DNA from: a virus
Taxonomy: Duplodnaviria > Caudoviricetes
DNA: 64,000 nucleotides
Direction: 5' to 3' (one strand)
IMG/VR virus record: IMGVR_UViG_2639763161_000004
Span: 8,780-72,779 of that record
Positions within the stretch are counted from its first letter, which is position 1; the number at the start of each line of letters is the position of its first letter. Below, one piece after another: positions 62,613 to 64,000 of the stretch. The position numbers were made by a program, and so were the translations under genes. The notes under the pieces were generated by a model. It saw only the letters and a list, made by a program, of their open reading frames with translations. It was not told where the DNA came from and did no database searches.

Positions 62613-62960
62613 ATGGAAAACGACGAGCCATTGACGCTTGCCGAGGCCGCGCTTTACCTGAAGGTTTCAGCAAGGACAGTAAGCAACCTGATTCGCCGCG
62701 GAGAGTTACCGGCGCGCAGAACAGGTGGTGACAGCGGCAAGTACCTTGTGCTTCGCTCCGCCTGTATTGATTATGTTCGCAATCCATCACAGAATCGCCC
62801 GGCGAGCATGGGTGATGGCACAAACGGAGGTCCATCATGTCAATCACCCTCAGAGGCGGGGTATGGCACTGTCATTTCTTTACCCCGAATGGCAAAAGAG
62901 TTAGGCGATCGCTTAACACAGCGGACAAAAAGCAAGCGCAGGAGCTGCACGACAGGCTGA
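62613..62960 (+). CDS. xis: Excisionase-like HTH protein
   Basis: [28 protein letters not shown]; overlaps int. Confidence 0.75.
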   Translation: MENDEPLTLAEAALYLKVSARTVSNLIRRGELPARRTGGDSGKYLVLRSACIDYVRNPSQNRPASMGDGTNGGPSCQSPSEAGYGTVISLPRMAKELGDRLTQRTKSKRRSCTTG

Positions 62961-64000
62961 AGGCGGAGGCATGGCGGGTTGAGGAGTTAGGCGACCTGCC
63001 TGTGAGGTCTTTCGAAGAGGCCTGCATGCGCTGGCTGGATGAGAAAGAGCATAAGCGAAGCCTGGATGATGACAAGGTAAAGATTGAGTTCTTTCTTTGT
63101 CATTTCTCAGGGCGGGATATTGCCTCTATTACCGGCGAGGAGGTGCAGAAGATTGTTGGCAGGATGATCAACCGCAACCATCGCCGTAAATGGGAGATTC
63201 AGCGCGACGCGGCAATAAGGGACAGTAAACCCGTGCCTGAATACAAAGACCGGCCAGTCAGCGCAGGAACCAAAAGCCATTACCTTTCTTTTATGCGATC
63301 ACTTCTTCGTGCCGCGGCTAACGAATGGGGATGGATAAAGACCGCGCCAGTCATCAAGACCAAGAAGCCCGTAAGCAAAAGGATTCGCTGGCTGACCAGA
63401 GAGGAAGCAAACAGGCTCATCGACGGCATGCCAGACAGCATCAGGCCAGTGGTTGTTTTTGCGCTGTCCACCGGGCTACGCCGTTCAAACATTCTGGATC
63501 TGGAGTGGACTCAGGTTGATATGCAAAGGAAGGTGGCATGGATAAATCCGGAGAACGCCAAAGCGGGCAAGGCTATTGGCGTGGCGCTGAATGATACCGC
63601 ATGCCGGGTGCTGAAGGAGCAGATTGGGAAGCATTCACGATGGGTTTTCGTTCACACAAAAGAGGCAACCAGACCAGACGGCACCAAGACGCCATCAGTC
63701 AGGAAAATGCGCTGTGATGATAACACGGCGTGGCGGATAGGGCTCAAGCGGGCAGGCATTGAGGATTTCCGTTTTCATGACTTACGGCATACCTGGGCAA
63801 GCTGGCTGATTCAGGCAGGTGTTCCGCTTTCGGCATTGCAGGAAATGGGAGGATGGGAAAGCATCGAAATGGTACGCAGGTATGCACACCTGGCACCTAA
63901 CCACCTGACTGAACATGCGCGCAAAATTGACTCACTTTTGGGTGAAAACGACACAAATACGACACAAGGAGGAAATCAGGTAGGCTTGAAACTTGCTTAA
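62837..64000 (+). CDS. int: Tyrosine integrase, P22/DLP12 IntD-like
   Basis: [47 protein letters not shown]. Confidence 0.97.
   Translation: MSITLRGGVWHCHFFTPNGKRVRRSLNTADKKQAQELHDRLKAEAWRVEELGDLPVRSFEEACMRWLDEKEHKRSLDDDKVKIEFFLCHFSGRDIASITGEEVQKIVGRMINRNHRRKWEIQRDAAIRDSKPVPEYKDRPVSAGTKSHYLSFMRSLLRAAANEWGWIKTAPVIKTKKPVSKRIRWLTREEANRLIDGMPDSIRPVVVFALSTGLRRSNILDLEWTQVDMQRKVAWINPENAKAGKAIGVALNDTACRVLKEQIGKHSRWVFVHTKEATRPDGTKTPSVRKMRCDDNTAWRIGLKRAGIEDFRFHDLRHTWASWLIQAGVPLSALQEMGGWESIEMVRRYAHLAPNHLTEHARKIDSLLGENDTNTTQGGNQVGLKLA

Larger units (their letters stand above)
15743..64000. mobile_element. Apparently complete temperate prophage: lambdoid early region, myovirus morphogenesis module; distal att just beyond the window
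   Basis: Full int-xis-recombination-immunity-replication-nin-Q-lysis-head-tail gene order; DLP12/P22-type integrase and an argU-type att. Confidence 0.95.

Overview
Enterobacterial chromosomal window holding two mobile elements in tandem at one tRNA-Arg(UCU) attachment locus. (1) ~1-15,740 is the right-hand part of a decayed P4/CP4-type integrative island. It carries an inovirus-Gp2/HUH-like gene, AlpA, a dead IS3-family copy, a COG2958/HrgA-like nuclease, an intact type IC restriction-modification locus with an embedded PrrC anticodon nuclease (hsdM-hsdS-prrC-hsdR), and a P4-family integrase next to the displaced 3' half of tRNA-Arg. (2) ~15,790-64,000 is an apparently complete ~48 kb temperate prophage. 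Its early/immunity region is lambdoid (P22/DLP12-type integrase, xis, two DNA methyltransferases, Sak4/SSB, cIII, N, cI/cro/cII, O plus DnaB, nin genes, Q, holin/SAR endolysin/spanins). Its morphogenesis module is a contractile-tail myovirus type, with a tail fibre and a large tailspike. The most notable observations are: a tRNA-shaped cloverleaf with an enlarged anticodon arm built into the RNase III stem of the pL/N leader; an unannotated 44-aa membrane peptide plus Wzy-like polymerase (probable O-antigen conversion cassette) facing the tailspike; a dual-coding C5-methyltransferase with an EcoHK31I-beta-like overlapping ORF; a LexA-controlled UmuD-like operon lacking the catalytic motif; and a structured ncRNA candidate upstream of the holin. 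Family calls come from motif recognition and memory of known proteins, not from database searches.
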